DNA from: Squalus acanthias
Lineage: Eukaryota
Assembly: GCA_030390025.1 (NCBI GenBank)
Contig: CM059425.1
Location: 177,570,001 to 177,634,000, forward strand
Direction: 5' to 3'
Length of the DNA stretch: 64,000 bases
Below the pieces are notes generated by a model. The model was not told the origin of the DNA and ran no database searches. It saw only the letters and a list, made by a program, of their open reading frames with translations. Both the position numbers and the translations under genes were made by a program. Shown here piece by piece: positions 60,385 to 64,000 of this stretch (position 1 is its first letter; the number at the start of each line of letters is the position of its first letter).

Positions 60385-63300
60385 CTGTGGCGAATGCCAG
60401 CAGTGTAGGAAGAAGTTTAATGATCTCACACAAGTGGTCAAGGTCAGTGAAATCATTTTCAAATGCCACAAACTGCAACACTAGCCTCACACACTGCTCA
60501 ATGTATCACACCCCATCACTCACCTACCAACAATCTCTACTCATACCTCACATTCACATGCTCCATCTCGCCCTCACACACTTAGCACTGCTGCAAGCCT
60601 CACACCCACATCTCACAGTTTGCACACACTGTCAGCTGTTCAACCATGACAGGCACATCACCCAAACAGATTGCACCACACTCACTGTCACACTTCCCTT
60701 TCTCTTGCAGGAAAAGGTGGCGCATAATCGGTGCCAGCAGAACCTAACCAACGGGGGACAGGCATGCCTGCATCACCTCACCCACCTTGGAGGAGATGGT
60801 ACGAGCCATTCTTGGGAGGGGCATGTCTGAGCCCGTGGCCAGCGGTGGGGCTGAAAGGATACAAGTATCCTCATATGTTATCCTCCTTCTCAGATCCAAC
60901 TTCCCCCCATCCCAGAAACTCTTCTGATTTACAAGCTGCACATAGTGTAAGCATGCACCTCTTGCTTTTCCCCCTCTCCCCTCACCATAACCCTACACTT
61001 GTGCCTTTCTCATTTCAGAGACTCGAGTCCAACCTGCCCAAGCAGTGGTTGTAGAAGAAGAGGAAGAGGAGAGCAAAGAAGAAGAAATACCGTCATTCAA
61101 TCTGATGGCCACTGCCACCAGCTCAGATACTGGCAGTGCGCAAATTTTAGAGGGTAGCTTAGAGGCGGGCTCTGCACGTGGTGAGTTACCGGGCTCAAGT
61201 AGGCTGCAGCCAGGGCAGGGGACAGGGTAGCGCAGGTGCCAGCTCCCCAGAGGGCGAGGTCGCACATGAGTTCTGCTGTAGAGGACTCGGATGAAGACTT
61301 TGATGGGGCGGTCTACAGAAAAACTCTGATGGGTATGCACAATGAAATGCTTGGTGCATTGGAAGGCCTGCCAGAAAGCCTGAGTGCAAGGTCAATGAGC
61401 ATGAAGGAGGCGAGCACCAACTTTGCACAGGGCTTTGCACAGAGCTTGGAGCCCATCCTTTACAGCATGGAAGAGGTGGACACATCCGTTAGCACACTTG
61501 TGGACCCAACCATCATGCAGCATCTGATGACTGATGTCTCAGCTTCCATTGCAGCACAAGCAGAAGCCACCCAACATCTGAGTGCTGAGGTGGAAGCTCA
61601 GACTGAAGTCATTCAAACTCAGCTTGCTGCCACGCAAGCACAGACTGCTGCCATCATGGCTGAGTTTACCAGTGTGGAAAGAGGCTGGCAGGATGTCACA
61701 GCATTCTAGAAATCTGTCCTCCAACTAGGAATGCTGAGACACTGCCCTGGGGAAGTGGCAATGGCTCCGTGGAGAACGAACCTGTTGTCCTCTCTCAGGA
61801 TGACAGCATTTGTCCTCACCACCTCCAGTGACCTTACTGTTGCCTGTCAGCCAGCTAGCCCAGACTGCTGCCGCCCATGCTGAAGTAGTGCAGTGCACAG
61901 CACTAGGCCCAGAGCTGCTCGAGGTCGTCCTGCAAGGCCATCTGCAGTCTCCCCCACTGAAAGTCAGCAGCCTTCCACCAGCCATGCTGCAGCCACTGGG
62001 GTAGCACTGAATAGGAGCACCTGGACAGGCAAAGGCTCACTGAAGACAGGCACTAAGGGAATGCTCAAGGGTGATTAATTTACTTTGTTAGGTTATATTG
62101 GATGGATTGATGGATAAAGTTGGATTGGAATGTTTGTTTTGTGGTGGCTTTTATTTCAGCATTGTGGCCAAGAGGACACTGTGATGGTCCGTAACAGGCA
62201 AGGTAAGGTGTGAGACTGTTGTTGAATTGGGAATTGGGGAATGTTCACTCGTACCACAGTCAGATGAGTCGATCACGGAGAGACCGGGCAGAAAGGGGCT
62301 GTCTGGGTTGCCTTCCGCTTCCTCCTACTCCGCTTCTTCTTCCTCCTCTTCCTCTTTCTCAGTTGGTTGCCATATGCCTGGTGGCAAGGGCTATGCCCTC
62401 ATGATGGCGAGGTTGTGGAGCATGCAACAGACCACGAGAAATCTTGAGACGCATTCTGGAGAGTATTGCAGGGCTCCTCCAGAGCGGTCCAGGCAGCGAA
62501 AGCATTGTTTAAGGATGCCAATGGTCTGCTCTATCAGATTCCGTGTGGCAGCATGGCTCTCATTGTACGCATGCTGCCCACATGTGGTTGGGTTGTAGAG
62601 CGGAGTCATGAGCCAGGTGGTCAGGGGATAGCCCTTGTTCCCCAGTAGCCACCCTCTAGTTTGTCTTGGGAGCTCAAAGAAGGAGGGAACAGCGGACTGA
62701 CAGAATAAAAGCATCATGACTGCTGCCAGGATACCGGGCATTCACCATCATGATGCGCTGAGCATGGTCGCACACCAAATGCACATTCAGCAAGTGGTAA
62801 CCTTTGTGGTTGCAGTACATCTCAGAATTTAGATGCAGTGCCCACAAAGCCATGTGCGTACAGTCGATGGTGCCCTGCACCATGGGGAAGCTCGCTATCC
62901 TGGCAAAGCCATGTGCATGATTCGCCTGCTTCTCTCTGGTCAGAGAGAAGACAATGAAATCCTGTCTCCTGGCACAAAGAGCGTCTGTCACCTCTTTATG
63001 CAGCAGTGGATGGCAAACTGCAGGATGTTCCAGATGTTGTCTGCTCCAGCCTGGAAGGATCTCGACGCAAAGAAATTCAGGGCCATGGTCACCTTCACAG
63101 CCACTGGCAGCGCTGACCTTGCCCTGGTGTGAGGCTGCAGGTCTGGCTGCAAGAGGTGGCAGAGTTCTGTGAGCACCTCCTTCGTAAAGCACAGATGCCT
63201 CACACACTGCTCCTGGCTCAGGCTGAGGTAAGAGCATTGCTCTCGGAAGACCCTAGGTGGGTAAGGCCTCCTGCTGAGAGCTCTTCTCCGCCTCCTCCTC

Positions 63301-63728
63301 CTCTCTCTGCGAGCAGCTTGTCCTCTTCTTTGCTGCCGCTGCTTCATCTCCCCATCATGCTGCAGGCCAAGGGGGATAACAACTTGAGCCCCCATGACTG
63401 GGAGCAAGTGGCCTGAAGTCAGAACCTAGGCCTTCTCCACTTGTAGCATCACTCCCTGTCACCTCACCAACTTTAAACAACTCTAGAAAGCTGCAAACAC
63501 TTCCACACACTTACACAGAGCCAGTAGAAACTAATTAACAATCATGCTGATTGACTTCACGATCTGCCTACTCTACATACTTCTGGCACACGCTCCCAGC
63601 GCTGATGCTAACGTGCTGGGCACGGCCCACACCAGAATTGTGCGCACGTGGCTCAGATGCCATTTTGGACCCTACACAGCACCTGTAGCACCCAAGCAAC
63701 AGGCACTACGCAATCGAATTTTTATCCC
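60385..63728. mobile_element. PIF/Harbinger transposon, left arm lost; Myb remnant (+) 60385-62078, transposase remnant (-) ~62250-63395
   Basis: QQCRKKFNDLTQVVK|GTCAGT; GTIDCTH, GNKGY, IEQTIGILK; terminus AATTTTTATCCC; closely similar to 51899-56040. Confidence 0.85.
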
Positions 63729-64000
63729 TAACATTTGAAATGTCAGGTAATCACTTGCAGTGGTTTCTAACATTCTTCTTTACTGTAGCTTTCTATGCCA
63801 AGGCTATCACATGATATCCATTACTTATACCAAGCTGTTAACCTATTATATTATACACATTCCTACACAGCTTCCAGTGGTTTACATCTTGATATCCCTG
63901 TAGAAATTTAAAAAACAGACTCAAATTATTCATATTTCCTTTTCTACTCTGTTAGGGCTCTCAACATAATAGTTATAGATATGATACATATGAATGATGT

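Overview
Vertebrate, almost certainly cartilaginous-fish (shark-like), genomic DNA. I recognise no host protein-coding gene, and most of the window is nested transposable elements. It holds several CR1 LINEs (one near full-length with ORF1, one with an uninterrupted 982-aa ORF2) and a poly(A)-tailed CR1/Jockey-group LINE family, one copy of which starts with a tRNA-derived head. It also holds a Penelope-like element with a hammerhead-like motif, RTE and L2 fragments, Deu-domain SINEs, and three well-bounded solo LTRs with 4-bp TSDs plus a fourth probable LTR. There are at least six two-gene PIF/Harbinger transposons (HARBI1-like DDE transposase plus a convergent, intron-containing Myb/SANT gene) and their MITEs. 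TSDs and rejoined flanks allow a multi-layer insertion chronology to be read directly. The most unusual items are the tRNA-headed LINE inserted as one unit, the long solo-LTR family, the Harbinger parent/MITE/nesting system, and a templated insertion at a LINE 5' junction. All family names come from motif recognition, not database searches.
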